Assembly: GCA_040767805.1 (NCBI GenBank)
Contig: JAXGNU010000003.1
Location: forward strand, 130,961 to 194,960
Source: Thermovirgaceae bacterium
GTDB lineage: Bacteria; Synergistota; Synergistia; Synergistales; Thermovirgaceae
DNA length: 64,000 nucleotides
Reading direction: 5' to 3'
This document shows, in pieces, positions 1 through 9,529 of this stretch (positions are counted from its first letter, which is position 1; each line of letters begins with the position of its first letter). A program made the position numbers and the translations under genes. The notes beneath the pieces were generated by a model. It was not told where the DNA came from, ran no database searches, and was given only the letters and a program-made list of their open reading frames with translations.

Positions 1-2
1 AG

Positions 3-1340
3 GTGAGCAGGCTCGACGCCGTGATGGCGTCCGGCATGGAAGAAACGATCTCCTTTTATGAAAAGTCCGGCCGGTTCCCCCTCCAGGTCAAGGGGAGCAG
101 GTCGCTTGGCGTGGTCCTCCAGGTCTACAACCAGGACAAGTCCCTGATGTTTCATCTCCCCCCCGGCCTTTCGGCCCCCTTCATCCCCGAGGACCTGCTG
201 GAAAAGGCCTCTTTCGGGGTAAGGCCCCTCACCTTCGTACCGTCGAAGAACCGCTTCCTGCCGAGGTTTTGGTGGGTCCTGCCCTGGAGTTGCCTCTCGG
301 ACCGCGACCTCTGGAGGGCCCTGGTCGCCCCGGCGCCCTTCAGGGATGAAGATGTGATCCTCGTCGCCATGGCACCCATGGCGTGGCTCCTGGAATCCAG
401 GCAACTCCTTCTCTGGATGACGATCCTGGCCGGGGCCGCGGGCCTGGTCGCCTCCTTCGCGGCCGGGAGCCTCCTGGCCGCGGGGGCCATGAGACCCCTT
501 CAGGCCATCAACAGGGCTCTTGCGAGGGTTTCCATCGACAACATGTCCATCGACCCCGCCCCTTTCGGATCGGACCGTGAGATCGGCGAGATCGTGACCC
601 ATATCAACAGGATGCTAAAAAACCTGGAAAAAAGCATGAAATACCTGCAGCAGTTCACCTCCGACGCCAGCCACGAACTGAGGACCCCCCTGGCGGTCAT
701 GAGGGGAGCCGTGGACATCGCCCTACTCAAGAATAGAGACCCCGAATATTACGTCCAAAAGCTCCAGGAACTCACCTACCATATCGACGACATGCAGAAC
801 CTCGTGGGAGCCCTTCTCGAACTGGCCAGGCTGGACGACTTCAAGGGGCTCGACTCGAGGGAACCGGTGGACCTCCTCCTGGTCATGGAGGATGCCGTGG
901 CGAACATGGAGAGCATCACCCAGAGGAGGGGCCAGGTCGTCGAAAAGGACTTGAAACCGGCACCGACCCTCGGCCGCTATGTCATGGTCCTGAGGCTTGC
1001 CAACAACCTGGTGGAGAATGCCAGCAAGTATTCCCCCCCGGGCAGCAGAATAAAGGTCGCCACCTACAGCGACACCGGGAAAAACCAGGCGGTTTTGGAG
1101 GTCCGGGACAGGGGCTCTGGTCTCAATCCCGAGGAGATCAGCCGATGCTTCGATCGGTTCTGGAGGGTCGACAGTTCAAGAACCACGCCGGACTACGGCC
1201 TCGGCCTCCCCCTGGTCAAGAGGATCGCCCAGATCCATAACGCCTCCATCGAGGTGGAGTCCCAAAAAGGGGGAGGCTCCCTTTTCAGGGTCCGCTTCCC
1301 GCTGGACAAGGAAACCCTGGAGGGTTACGACCTCGAATAA
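3..1340 (+). CDS. Two-component sensor histidine kinase (HAMP-HisKA-HATPase), probably 5'-truncated by the window edge
   Basis: TM helix followed by HAMP; H-box FTSDASHELRTPL; N-box NNLVENASKYS; G1 DRGSG; F/G2 FDRFWR...YGLGLPLVK. Confidence 0.93.
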   Translation: MSRLDAVMASGMEETISFYEKSGRFPLQVKGSRSLGVVLQVYNQDKSLMFHLPPGLSAPFIPEDLLEKASFGVRPLTFVPSKNRFLPRFWWVLPWSCLSDRDLWRALVAPAPFRDEDVILVAMAPMAWLLESRQLLLWMTILAGAAGLVASFAAGSLLAAGAMRPLQAINRALARVSIDNMSIDPAPFGSDREIGEIVTHINRMLKNLEKSMKYLQQFTSDASHELRTPLAVMRGAVDIALLKNRDPEYYVQKLQELTYHIDDMQNLVGALLELARLDDFKGLDSREPVDLLLVMEDAVANMESITQRRGQVVEKDLKPAPTLGRYVMVLRLANNLVENASKYSPPGSRIKVATYSDTGKNQAVLEVRDRGSGLNPEEISRCFDRFWRVDSSRTTPDYGLGLPLVKRIAQIHNASIEVESQKGGGSLFRVRFPLDKETLEGYDLE

Positions 1341-1342
1341 CG

Positions 1343-1370
1343 AAAAAAGCGGGGGGCCTTAAGGCCCCCC
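1343..1370. terminator. Intrinsic terminator between the convergent kinase and degP genes
   Basis: Perfect palindrome GGGGGGCCTTAAGGCCCCCC (1351-1370) next to an A6 run, which is a U-tail on the minus strand. Confidence 0.7.
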
Positions 1371-2805
1371 CCAACCCCCAAAAAAAACCAAGAGGTTAGC
1401 TGACACGTAGAAGGTCCTGCCGTCCCTGGAGACCAGCATGGCGATAATCTTGAGGTCCCTGGAAAGGATCTCCTCGAGTTGGTCCGCGCTCTTCACGGTC
1501 TCCCCGTTGACCTCGAGGACCACGTCGCCTTCCCTGAGGCCCATCCTTTGACCGACCGAACCCGAGAGGACACCGGTGATGACGGCCCCGCCCGATTCCT
1601 CGATGCCGTACTTCTGCCTCAATTCCGGCGTCACCGGCGAGACCGATATGCCCAGTTTCGAGGAACTGACGGGCTCTTTCCCGGCGGGTGCCTCGGTTCC
1701 ATCGGAGGGCACCACCGAGAGGGTTACCATCCTCTTGACCTGGACGCCCTTGCTGAGGACCGTCAACTCGACCTTTTCACCGGCTAGGTGCTGGCGGATC
1801 GCCACGACGAGGTCGCCGGGATCCTTGACCTTTCGGCCGTCGATATCGAGAATGACATCGCCCCTCGCGATCCCGGCCTTCTCGGCGGGAGACCCCTTGA
1901 CCACGTCGGCCACGAGCGCCCCCTCACCGGTCTTTATCCCGTAGGCGCCGGTGAACTCCTTGGTGAGGGGCTGCAGGTACACCCCGAGCCAACCCCTGTT
2001 GACCTTCCCGTACTGGATGAGGTCATCCACGATCTGCTTGGCCATGTTCACCGGGACCGCGAAACCTATACCCTGGGCGTAGGGGACGATGGCCGTGTTG
2101 ATGCCGATGACCCTGCCGGAGAGGTCCAGGAGCGGCCCGCCGCTGTTGCCGGGGTTGATGGCGGCGTCGGTCTGGATGAAACCGTCGAAGTTGAGGTTCC
2201 TGGCCCGGACGGACCTGTTTTGCCGACACCACGCCGACGGTGACGCTGCTCTCGAAGCCGTAGGGGTTGCCGATGGCTATGACCCACTCCCCCACGTCCA
2301 CCTTGTCGGAATCACCCATGGGGACCGTGGGAAGCCCCTTGGCGTCGATCTTGATCACGGCGAGGTCGTAGGAGGGGTCCTTACCCACGATCTTCGCCGG
2401 GAAGGACCTCCCATCGGAGAGGGTCACCTCGATGGTCATGTTATCGGGGCCGTCCACGACATGGTTGTTGGTGAGGATATAACCGTCATGGGTCACGATG
2501 AACCCGGAGCCCTTGCCCCTCATGGGCACGTCACGGGTGAAACGTTCAAAGCGGTCGCCGAAAAACTCCCTGAAGAAAGGGTCGTCGGGGAAGGGCGATG
2601 ACGAACGTTGCACTATGGCCTCGGTGTCGATGTTGACCACCGCCGGCGCCGTCTCTTTCACTATCTTCGCGATGGGGTTGCCGGTGAAGACATCCTGCGC
2701 CGCGGCCGGGCCTGGGGAGAGGGAAAAGACAACGGCCGCCGAAAGGAGAAGCAGGAGCGCCGCCGTGAGGGTCCTGGTTCCTTTGGATCTATTCATTCGA
2801 ACCAC
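1359..2805 (-). pseudogene. degP: DegP/HtrA (Do family) serine endoprotease with two PDZ domains, split by a frameshift near 2220 (true lesion or homopolymer read error)
   Basis: ORF 2023-2805 has a signal peptide, GSGFIV, TNNHVV and YDLAV. After SAK the shifted frame reads [29 protein letters not shown] and joins ORF 1359-2051 (RGWLGV, PDZ). The shift lies in an A4 run. Confidence 0.88.
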
Positions 2806-2837
2806 CTCCTGAATTGCTTTGCACCGATTTTCCTCCT

Positions 2838-3660
2838 TCAGGGGCGGCCTGGAATCGTCAATTCTACGGAAATCGGGTCCCCGGGTTTGAACCCAAGCAT
2901 GTCGGAAGCCCTGCCCCTGTTCACAGCGATGGAGACGAAACCCCAGCTGTCCTCAAGGGCGACCATCTCCCCGGAATCCACGTCGGAGAAGGTCCGCCCC
3001 ACAGGGATGCTGAAAAGCCAGCCGCTGCTGATCTTGATCTCTGAATCACCCAGCTTCCCCAGGAGTTCCCAGGGGATATCGGTCCTGACGGTTCCGAAGG
3101 CGTCCACGAGGGTGACATGGCCGGAGACCTTGCCCGGTGAAGCGTGGGGCGCGGGCAGGGGGAAACGGTTGAGCTCCCCCAGGGTGATCTCCTGCCCACA
3201 TTCCTCGGGAGGTTTCCCGCCCACCAGGTCTGCCACCACCGGTGCCATGATGTCCCTAGCGTCAAAGGCCGGGAAGACATGCTCCGCCTCTCCCCTGGGC
3301 GCGCTCGATGGATCAGCACCGGCTGGTGCCTCCCGTCCGTTCCGCCGCCAGATGAGGAGCCCAAGAAGTATCGGGCCCAACGAAGAGGTCTCCCCTGCCG
3401 GATCGCAGGACAAGTATCCTCCTCTGGGTCCCGACGCCGGGGTCCACGACGGCCAGGTGGATGCCGACGGGCATGTAGAGGACCGCCCCGGCGAGCATCC
3501 AACCGCCGGAAATGATGTCAAAGGGGGGGACTTCGTGGCTTATGTCTATCACCGGCAAGGTAACCCCCCTCCTCAGAAGGAGCCCCTTGCAGCAGGCCAC
3601 GGTCTCATCGGCCAGGCCGAAGTCGGAAAGAAAGGTGACGCACCTGAATTCTCCGGTCAT
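2838..3660 (-). pseudogene. SAM hydrolase / SAM-dependent halogenase family (DUF62) gene, frameshifted around 3310-3380
   Basis: N-half FLSDFG...DISHEVPPFD...HLAVVDPGVGT.RR...FVGPD in ORF 3313-3660; C-half FDARDIMAP...VDAFG..RTDI...TFSDV..GE...IAVNRGRA in ORF 2838-3521. Confidence 0.82.
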
Positions 3661-3730
3661 TTCCGAACACCCCCGATAAATATAGCACCTGCGATTACAT
3701 CAAATAGTCATAGGCCCAAAGGTGGGCCGA

Positions 3731-4381
3731 TCAGGCCGACCCCTGGCCGCCTTTTTGGACGGGCGAGACCACCACTCTCCTCAAGGGTTCGGAACCGGTC
3801 GAGCAGGTAGAGACGTCCTCCCAGTCCTTGAGGGAGACATGGACGATCCTCCTCTCCCAACTGGTCATCGGCTCGAGCCGGATCGGCCGCCCCTTCCTCC
3901 GGGCTTCCCTGGCCGCGGCGAGGGCGATCTTCTCGATGCCCTCCTGCCGGCGGGCCTTGTAACCGCCGCTGTCGATCCTGACCCTTCGCCCCGGGTCCTT
4001 GCCGCGGAGGGCGACGTTGGTGAGGAACTCGACGGCCCTGAGGGTTTCGCCGGACCTGCCTATCACTATCGGGGCGTCCTCACCGTTCAAGTCGATGCTG
4101 TCGGGCCCCGTCATCTCCGGTTCGACGGAAAGGCCCATCCTCTCGAGGAGGCCCTCCAGGAAAGGTAACGACCCGGCGGGGCCTTGCGATCTCAGGGATA
4201 GGGCGACGTGCATCTTCTTGCCCAGGATCCCGAAAAGCCTTTTGCCCTCGTCCAGGACGTGGACCTCTATCTCGGAGGGGTCCACGGACCACCGGAGTGA
4301 CCCTATGTGACGGGCCTCATCGAGGGAGTTCACATCTACTTCGAAAGTCTCATGATCTTCCACGTTATTTACCCCTTTCAT
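3731..4381 (-). CDS. jag: RNA-binding protein Jag/KhpB (Jag_N, KH, R3H)
   Basis: VIGRSGETLRA (KH) and LEPMTSWERRIVH (R3H); canonical position after yidC. Confidence 0.93.
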   Translation of the reverse strand: MKGVNNVEDHETFEVDVNSLDEARHIGSLRWSVDPSEIEVHVLDEGKRLFGILGKKMHVALSLRSQGPAGSLPFLEGLLERMGLSVEPEMTGPDSIDLNGEDAPIVIGRSGETLRAVEFLTNVALRGKDPGRRVRIDSGGYKARRQEGIEKIALAAAREARRKGRPIRLEPMTSWERRIVHVSLKDWEDVSTCSTGSEPLRRVVVSPVQKGGQGSA

Positions 4382-4393
4382 GCCATCAGGGAA

Positions 4394-5194
4394 CTAGGGT
4401 CTGCCGCCTTCCTTCTTCTGGGGTTTTTCCTTGAGAAGGACCGGCTTGTCGCGCATCTCCACCTCGGTCTTTTTCTTGATGTGCCACTGCTGTCCCACGC
4501 CGATGAGCGAGGAGACCCCCCAGTAGAGCAGCACGCCCCCGGGGAGGCTGAGGCAGATAAAGGTGAGGAAGGCCGGCATGAACCAGTTCATGAACTGCAT
4601 TTGCGGGTTGCCGCTCCCGCTCAGTTGCTGCTGGAACCACGTGAGGAAACCCACGCCCAGCAGGAGGAGGAGGTTGGCGGCGTAAACGCCCACGTTGGCC
4701 AGCCCGGCGGGGTTGGCTGCTATCGCCGAAAAGGTCTGCCCCACCCCGCGGGTCGCGGCCGTAGAACCCACGGCCTCCCCCAGCGTGGAAAGGACGGAAC
4801 CCTCGAGGCTGATCCCCAGGAAGGTGGCCCCGCCCAGGTCCAGGTTCAATAGGACCCTAAAGAGCAGGATCAATATGGGAAGCTGCACCAGGAGTGGAAG
4901 GCAACCAGCGGCAGGGTTGACATTGTTCTCCTTGTAGAGCTTCATGATCTCCTTGTTCAGGGTGTCCTTATCGTGGGCCAACTTTTCTTGGAGGTTCTTG
5001 ATCCGGGGCTGCAGTTTCTGCATTTTCTGCATGCTCACAAGCTGCTTCTGCGAGAGGGGGTGCAGAAGTATCCTGATGAGGACGGTCAACAATATGATGG
5101 CGATGCCGTAGGAGTGGGAGAATGAGTAAAGGCTGTTCAGCACGAACAGCAGGAAATCGCCCGCCGCTTTCCAGAGTGCACTCAAAGGATCCAC
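4394..5194 (-). CDS. yidC: Membrane protein insertase YidC/Oxa1
   Basis: YGIAIILLTVLIR, LYKENNVNPAAGCLPLLVQLPI, LPGGVLLYW. Confidence 0.96.
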   Translation of the reverse strand: MDPLSALWKAAGDFLLFVLNSLYSFSHSYGIAIILLTVLIRILLHPLSQKQLVSMQKMQKLQPRIKNLQEKLAHDKDTLNKEIMKLYKENNVNPAAGCLPLLVQLPILILLFRVLLNLDLGGATFLGISLEGSVLSTLGEAVGSTAATRGVGQTFSAIAANPAGLANVGVYAANLLLLLGVGFLTWFQQQLSGSGNPQMQFMNWFMPAFLTFICLSLPGGVLLYWGVSSLIGVGQQWHIKKKTEVEMRDKPVLLKEKPQKKEGGRP

Positions 5195-5475
5195 CTTCCC
5201 TTGGGAGAATATTCTCTTCGATGGAAAACCCTGTCAAAAAACGACGGGAATTTGTCCGGAATGGGATCGTAGCCGCCGCTGTGCCAGGGACCGCATTTCA
5301 TTATACGTAAAAAAGCCAAGGCTGTGCCCCTTACCAGGCCGAACTTCTCGATCGCCTGGATGGTGTAACTCGAGCAGGAGGGATAGAACCTGCACCGGTC
5401 GCCGAGCAGGGGCGAGATGCATTTCTGGTAAAAGGTAATGGCCTTGATCGCGGCCCACGCGGGCAGTTTGGTCAT
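5182..5475 (-). CDS. yidD: Membrane protein insertion efficiency factor YidD
   Basis: ATG at 5475 (MTKLPAW...) overlaps the rnpA stop; YQKCISPLLGDRCRFYPSCSSY...RIMKCGPWHSGGYDP. Confidence 0.93.
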   Translation of the reverse strand: MTKLPAWAAIKAITFYQKCISPLLGDRCRFYPSCSSYTIQAIEKFGLVRGTALAFLRIMKCGPWHSGGYDPIPDKFPSFFDRVFHRREYSPKGRWIL

Positions 5476-5876
5476 CTTCGCCCTTGCCTCCTGTCGACAA
5501 ACCAGTTCGGGCCGGGCCATTCGCCTTTCAGCAGGCCGGCCTTCTTGAACAGCTTCGCCATGTCCTGGTAGACCTCTTTCGCGTCGCTCCCCAGGGCGTT
5601 GCTTTTGATCATGCAGACTATCCAGTAACCTTCCTTCACCCAGGGCCGGAGCCGCCTCAGGGATTCCCTCAACACCCTCTTCCCCCGGGAGCGGAGTGGC
5701 GAGGTCCCCTGCTGCTTGCCCACGGCCACGCCGAAACGGGTCTGCCCGTCCGGTGAGACCATAAACAGCAACCGCACCAACGCGCCACTTTCCCGGCGGC
5801 CGGTGCGGAAAACCTGGTCGAACTGCCAACCCTTTTTTAGCCTGTCCCCGGAAGGAAAAACGAAAAAAGCCCGCAA
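5472..5876 (-). CDS. rnpA: Ribonuclease P protein component
   Basis: F.FPSGDRLKK..QFDQVFRTG, RFGVAVGK, RSRGKRVLRE (RNR-like motif); lies between rpmH and yidD. Confidence 0.92.
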   Translation of the reverse strand: MRAFFVFPSGDRLKKGWQFDQVFRTGRRESGALVRLLFMVSPDGQTRFGVAVGKQQGTSPLRSRGKRVLRESLRRLRPWVKEGYWIVCMIKSNALGSDAKEVYQDMAKLFKKAGLLKGEWPGPNWFVDRRQGRR

Positions 5877-6011
5877 CTAGACCGCCAGGCGCTTTCTGCC
5901 CTTGTTTCTCCTGTTCTGGAGGATGCGCCGGCCGCTTGGGCTGCTCGATCGCTGCAGGAAGCCTAGCCTTCTTTTCCTTCTTCTATTGTGTGGCTGGAAG
6001 GTCTGTTTCAA
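5877..6011 (-). CDS. rpmH: 50S ribosomal protein L34 (not in the ORF track)
   Basis: Hand translation from TTG at 6011: MKQTFQPHNRRRKRRLGFLQRSSSPSGRRILQNRRNKGRKRLAV*; GAGGAGG RBS upstream. Confidence 0.96.
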   Translation of the reverse strand: MKQTFQPHNRRRKRRLGFLQRSSSPSGRRILQNRRNKGRKRLAV

Positions 6012-6101
6012 ATGATACACCTCCTCTTGCTATCGCGTGGGAACACCGGGAAAAAACCAGCCCGGATACTATAACATACCGGGTTATGGGCAACAAGGGA
6101 C

Positions 6102-6153
6102 CCCAGGGAGCGGGGATTTAGTCAAAAGTGTAGACCTGACCCCGCTCCCTGGG
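6102..6153. repeat. 14-bp inverted repeat whose loop and right arm contain a degenerate copy of the 22-bp island repeat
   Basis: CCCAGGGAGCGGGG (6102-6115) pairs with CCCCGCTCCCTGGG (6140-6153); minus strand 6122-6143 reads GGGGTCAGGTCTACACTTTTGA. Confidence 0.6.
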
Positions 6154-6161
6154 TTGCGGAG

Positions 6162-7052
6162 CTATTCCGTTACGAGCATGAGGGGGACGGGGACGTTATC
6201 GGGGATGGTCTCACCCCCAAGGTACTTGACGGCGTACTCGACGCCCAGGAGCCCCATCTCCTTCGGCTGCTGTGCCACGGTGGCGGCCAGCGTGCCGTCC
6301 TTCACGGCTTTAACGGCGTCGTCCACGGCGTCGAAACCGACGAACACGATGCCCTTCCGCCCGGCCGCCTCGGCGGCGGCGATGGCCCCGAGCACCATCT
6401 CGTCGTTGTGGGCGAAGACCCCGTCGATCTCGGGCTGCGCCTGGAGGATGTTCTCAAAGACAGCGAGCCCCCTGTCGCGGTTGAAATCCGCCGCCTGGGA
6501 GGCCACGATCTCTATGCCGGGAAACCCCTCCATCGCCTCGTGGAATCCCTTGCCCCTGTCACGGGCGGCCGACGTGCCGGGGATGCCCACCAGCTCCACC
6601 ACCTTGCCCTTGCCGCCGATCTTTTCCGCCAGGAACTCTCCCGCCATCTTGCCCCCGGCGACGTTGTCGCTGGCGATATGGGTGACCACCTCACCCGAGG
6701 TCGCCCCCCGGTCGATGGTGAATACCGGTATGCCCGCCGCGTTGGCTTTCAGGATCGACGGCACCACCGCATCGGCGTCGGTGGGGTTCACCAGTATGGC
6801 CCCCACCTTCTTCTGGATCAGGTCCTCCATGGAAGAGGTCATCTTGGCCGAGTCGTCCTGGGCGTCGTAGATGACCAGCTCCACCCCGAGTTCCCGGGCC
6901 TTCTCCTCGGCCCCGTCCTTGAGGGTCACGAAGAAGGGGTTGTTGAGCGTGGAGATGACCACGCCCAGGGTTTGAGAGGCCGCAGCCGCAAGGGGGAAGG
7001 AAAGGACCAGCAGAACCGCCATGGCCACTGACAACAAGCGCCTTCCTTTCAT
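6162..7052 (-). CDS. rbsB: Ribose ABC transporter substrate-binding protein
   Basis: Signal peptide; STLNNPFFVTLKDGA, HIASDNVAGG, GTSAARDRGKGF, FAHNDEM, VGFD. Confidence 0.9.
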   Translation of the reverse strand: MKGRRLLSVAMAVLLVLSFPLAAAASQTLGVVISTLNNPFFVTLKDGAEEKARELGVELVIYDAQDDSAKMTSSMEDLIQKKVGAILVNPTDADAVVPSILKANAAGIPVFTIDRGATSGEVVTHIASDNVAGGKMAGEFLAEKIGGKGKVVELVGIPGTSAARDRGKGFHEAMEGFPGIEIVASQAADFNRDRGLAVFENILQAQPEIDGVFAHNDEMVLGAIAAAEAAGRKGIVFVGFDAVDDAVKAVKDGTLAATVAQQPKEMGLLGVEYAVKYLGGETIPDNVPVPLMLVTE

Positions 7053-7102
7053 CGCTTTCCACCTCCGTTGATTTTATCCGTTCCCGGCCCGCCAGGGTTC
7101 AC

Positions 7103-8068
7103 CTAGGCCGGGCTCCCGGCCGATACCCGGCCGTAAAAGACGAGGGCCGCCGCGATCACGAGGCCCCTAACAACCTGCTCGTAGAAAGGGTTCACGTTCA
7201 GGACATTGATGCCGTTCCCGATGACCCCCATTATCAGGACCCCCATAATGGTCCCGAAGAGGGTCCCCTTCCCGCCGGAGAACTGGCTACCCCCCAGGAC
7301 GGCGGCGGCGATGGCCCCGAACTCGTAACCCAGCCCCGCCGTGGGCTGGGCGGCGTCGAGGCGCCCCGCCAGCACCAGCCCCGCCAGCCCGGCGAGGACC
7401 CCGCTGAGGACGAAGACCGATGCCGTGATCGCCGGGACCGGTATGGCGGACCCCCAGGCGGCCACGGGGTTGGATCCTATGGAGCGGACCTGTTCGCCCC
7501 AGGACGACAGTTCCAGCAGGACGAAAAGGACCGCGAAAACGCCGGCGAAGACCAGCACCGGCAGGGGGACCCCGACGAACCAGCCCGTCCCGGGCAACCG
7601 GAAGGCCTCGGGGAAACCGCTGATGGGGGCTCCCCCCGTGAAAAGCAGCGCCGCCCCCCTGGCCGCCCCCATCATCCCCAGGGTCACGATGAAGGGGGGC
7701 ACCCTCATCCATGCCACGGTGAACCCGTTCAGGGCTCCGCAGGCCCCCCCCGCCAGGAGGGCCGCGCCCCAGGCCGCGTAAAAGGGTACGCCTCCCTTCA
7801 CCAGGGACGCCCCCACCAGGGAGGACAGGGCCACCACGCTGCCTACCGACAGGTCTATACCCCTGACCAGGATCACGCAGGTCATGCCCAGGGCGATGAT
7901 CCCCAGTATCGACGACTGGCGCAGGATGTTCACGAAGTTGCTCACCGTCAGGAACCGGGGCTCCATCAGGGCGAGGACCGAGCAGAGGACGGCCAGGACC
8001 GACCCCAGGACCACGTAGGGGCTGAAGAGGACCTTTCTCGTGAGAAAACCGCCCTTGGCCGCCTTCAA
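7103..8068 (-). CDS. rbsC: Ribose-type ABC permease
   Basis: GIDLSVGS, PPFIVTLG, GYEFGAIAAAVLGG; TTG start overlaps the rbsD stop. Confidence 0.88.
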   Translation of the reverse strand: MKAAKGGFLTRKVLFSPYVVLGSVLAVLCSVLALMEPRFLTVSNFVNILRQSSILGIIALGMTCVILVRGIDLSVGSVVALSSLVGASLVKGGVPFYAAWGAALLAGGACGALNGFTVAWMRVPPFIVTLGMMGAARGAALLFTGGAPISGFPEAFRLPGTGWFVGVPLPVLVFAGVFAVLFVLLELSSWGEQVRSIGSNPVAAWGSAIPVPAITASVFVLSGVLAGLAGLVLAGRLDAAQPTAGLGYEFGAIAAAVLGGSQFSGGKGTLFGTIMGVLIMGVIGNGINVLNVNPFYEQVVRGLVIAAALVFYGRVSAGSPA

Positions 8069-8454
8069 AAAAAGACCCCCGACTGGAGTATCACGTTCGC
8101 GTAGGGCGTGCATTCCCCCGTGCGCACCACGAACCGTACGGTCCGCAGCATCGACTTCAACTCCTCGTGGGGGACCTCTTCCAGCGGGCAGCCCGGCCCG
8201 AGGACCTGCTTCAGCAAGCCCTTGAGTTCCGATGAGGCCTGGGCGGCGCAGAAGGCATGCTCCACCACGACGGCCTCCAGGACGGCCTCGAGCACATCCT
8301 GGAACGAAGGTCTGCCGGGGACGAAGGCGAGGTCGACCCTCGGGACCTCTTCCGGTATCGGAAGCCCCGCGTCGGCCACGCAAAACCTGTCCGTATGGCC
8401 CAGCATGGACACGAAAAAGTTCAGGTCCGGGTGCAGCAAACCTCCTCTTTTCAC
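8065..8454 (-). CDS. rbsD: D-ribose pyranase
   Basis: GTG start; KRGGLLH...LGHTD...DAGLPIP...HEELK...VRTGECTPYANVILQSGVFF. Confidence 0.93.
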   Translation of the reverse strand: MKRGGLLHPDLNFFVSMLGHTDRFCVADAGLPIPEEVPRVDLAFVPGRPSFQDVLEAVLEAVVVEHAFCAAQASSELKGLLKQVLGPGCPLEEVPHEELKSMLRTVRFVVRTGECTPYANVILQSGVFF

Positions 8455-8458
8455 GGCC

Positions 8459-9385
8459 TCACACCTCCCCTTGGGACTTCCCGGGCGGCCCACCCGAAGG
8501 GCCCCGCAGCAGCCCCTCCACCTGCTCCCTCGCGGGCAGGCCCGGTTGGGCCCCGACCACGGTGCAGGCCAGCGCTCCCGCCGCCGAGGCGAAAACGGCC
8601 GCCTTGTAAAGGGGATTCCCCTCGGCCAGCGAAACGGCCAAGGCGGCCGAGAAAGCGTCGCCCGCGCCGGTGGCGTCAACGGCCTCTACGGGGAAGGCCT
8701 CCACCCGTTTCACTTCCCGCCCGCGGCGGATCATCGCCCCCTCTGGGCCGAGGGTGACCACCACGGCCCCCGCCCCCTTTTCGAGCAGCCTCCCGGCGCC
8801 CTCCTCCAGGTCCCCCGTGCCGGTGAACCCGGCCAGTTCCAACCTGTTGGGGACGGCGATGTCCACGAAACCCCAGGCTTCATCGGGCAGCGCCCCGTAG
8901 GGGGCGGGGTCGAAGACCGTCAGCGCCCCCGAAGCCTTCCCGAGCCTCAGGGCCTCGATGGCGGTCTCCGGGGGTAGTTCCAGTTGGACGAGGAGCGCGT
9001 CGGCCCCCTCGAAAAGGGACCCGCCCTCCAGCAGGTCCCCGCCGGTGACCGTGGCGTTAGCCCCGGGCGCCACGATTATGGAGTTCTCACCCCCGGGGAA
9101 GACGGTGATCATGGCGACGCCTGTGGCTTCACCGTTCCTCGTGGCGACATGGCCGCAGTCGACGCCCTCTTCCTCCAGGGCCGACAGCATGATCTCCCCG
9201 AACCGGTCGCCCCCCACGGCCCCCACCATGGCCACCGACGCCCCCAGCCGGGCGGCCGCCACCGCCTGGTTGGCGCCCTTCCCGCCGCCGGCCATGCTGA
9301 AGCGCCCCCCCAGGAGCGTCTCCCCGGGGCGGGGCGGCCTTTCGGCCTCGACGATCAAGTCCATGTTCACCGACCCCACGACCAC
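8459..9385 (-). CDS. rbsK: Ribokinase (PfkB family)
   Basis: VVGSVNMDL, GGKGANQAVAAARLG, VDATGAGDAF. Confidence 0.95.
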   Translation of the reverse strand: MVVGSVNMDLIVEAERPPRPGETLLGGRFSMAGGGKGANQAVAAARLGASVAMVGAVGGDRFGEIMLSALEEEGVDCGHVATRNGEATGVAMITVFPGGENSIIVAPGANATVTGGDLLEGGSLFEGADALLVQLELPPETAIEALRLGKASGALTVFDPAPYGALPDEAWGFVDIAVPNRLELAGFTGTGDLEEGAGRLLEKGAGAVVVTLGPEGAMIRRGREVKRVEAFPVEAVDATGAGDAFSAALAVSLAEGNPLYKAAVFASAAGALACTVVGAQPGLPAREQVEGLLRGPSGGPPGKSQGEV

Positions 9386-9529
9386 TACCCTGACCAGGTC
9401 CCCTACCTCCTTTTTGAAGGGGCGCCCCTTCAGGCTTCACGAAAGGTTATACTTTACTGTGTCTATTATAAGCCTTTTTATCAGAATGGCATGGTTCACC
9501 GCCGCTCGGGGAGGGAAGGGGGCTTCTTT

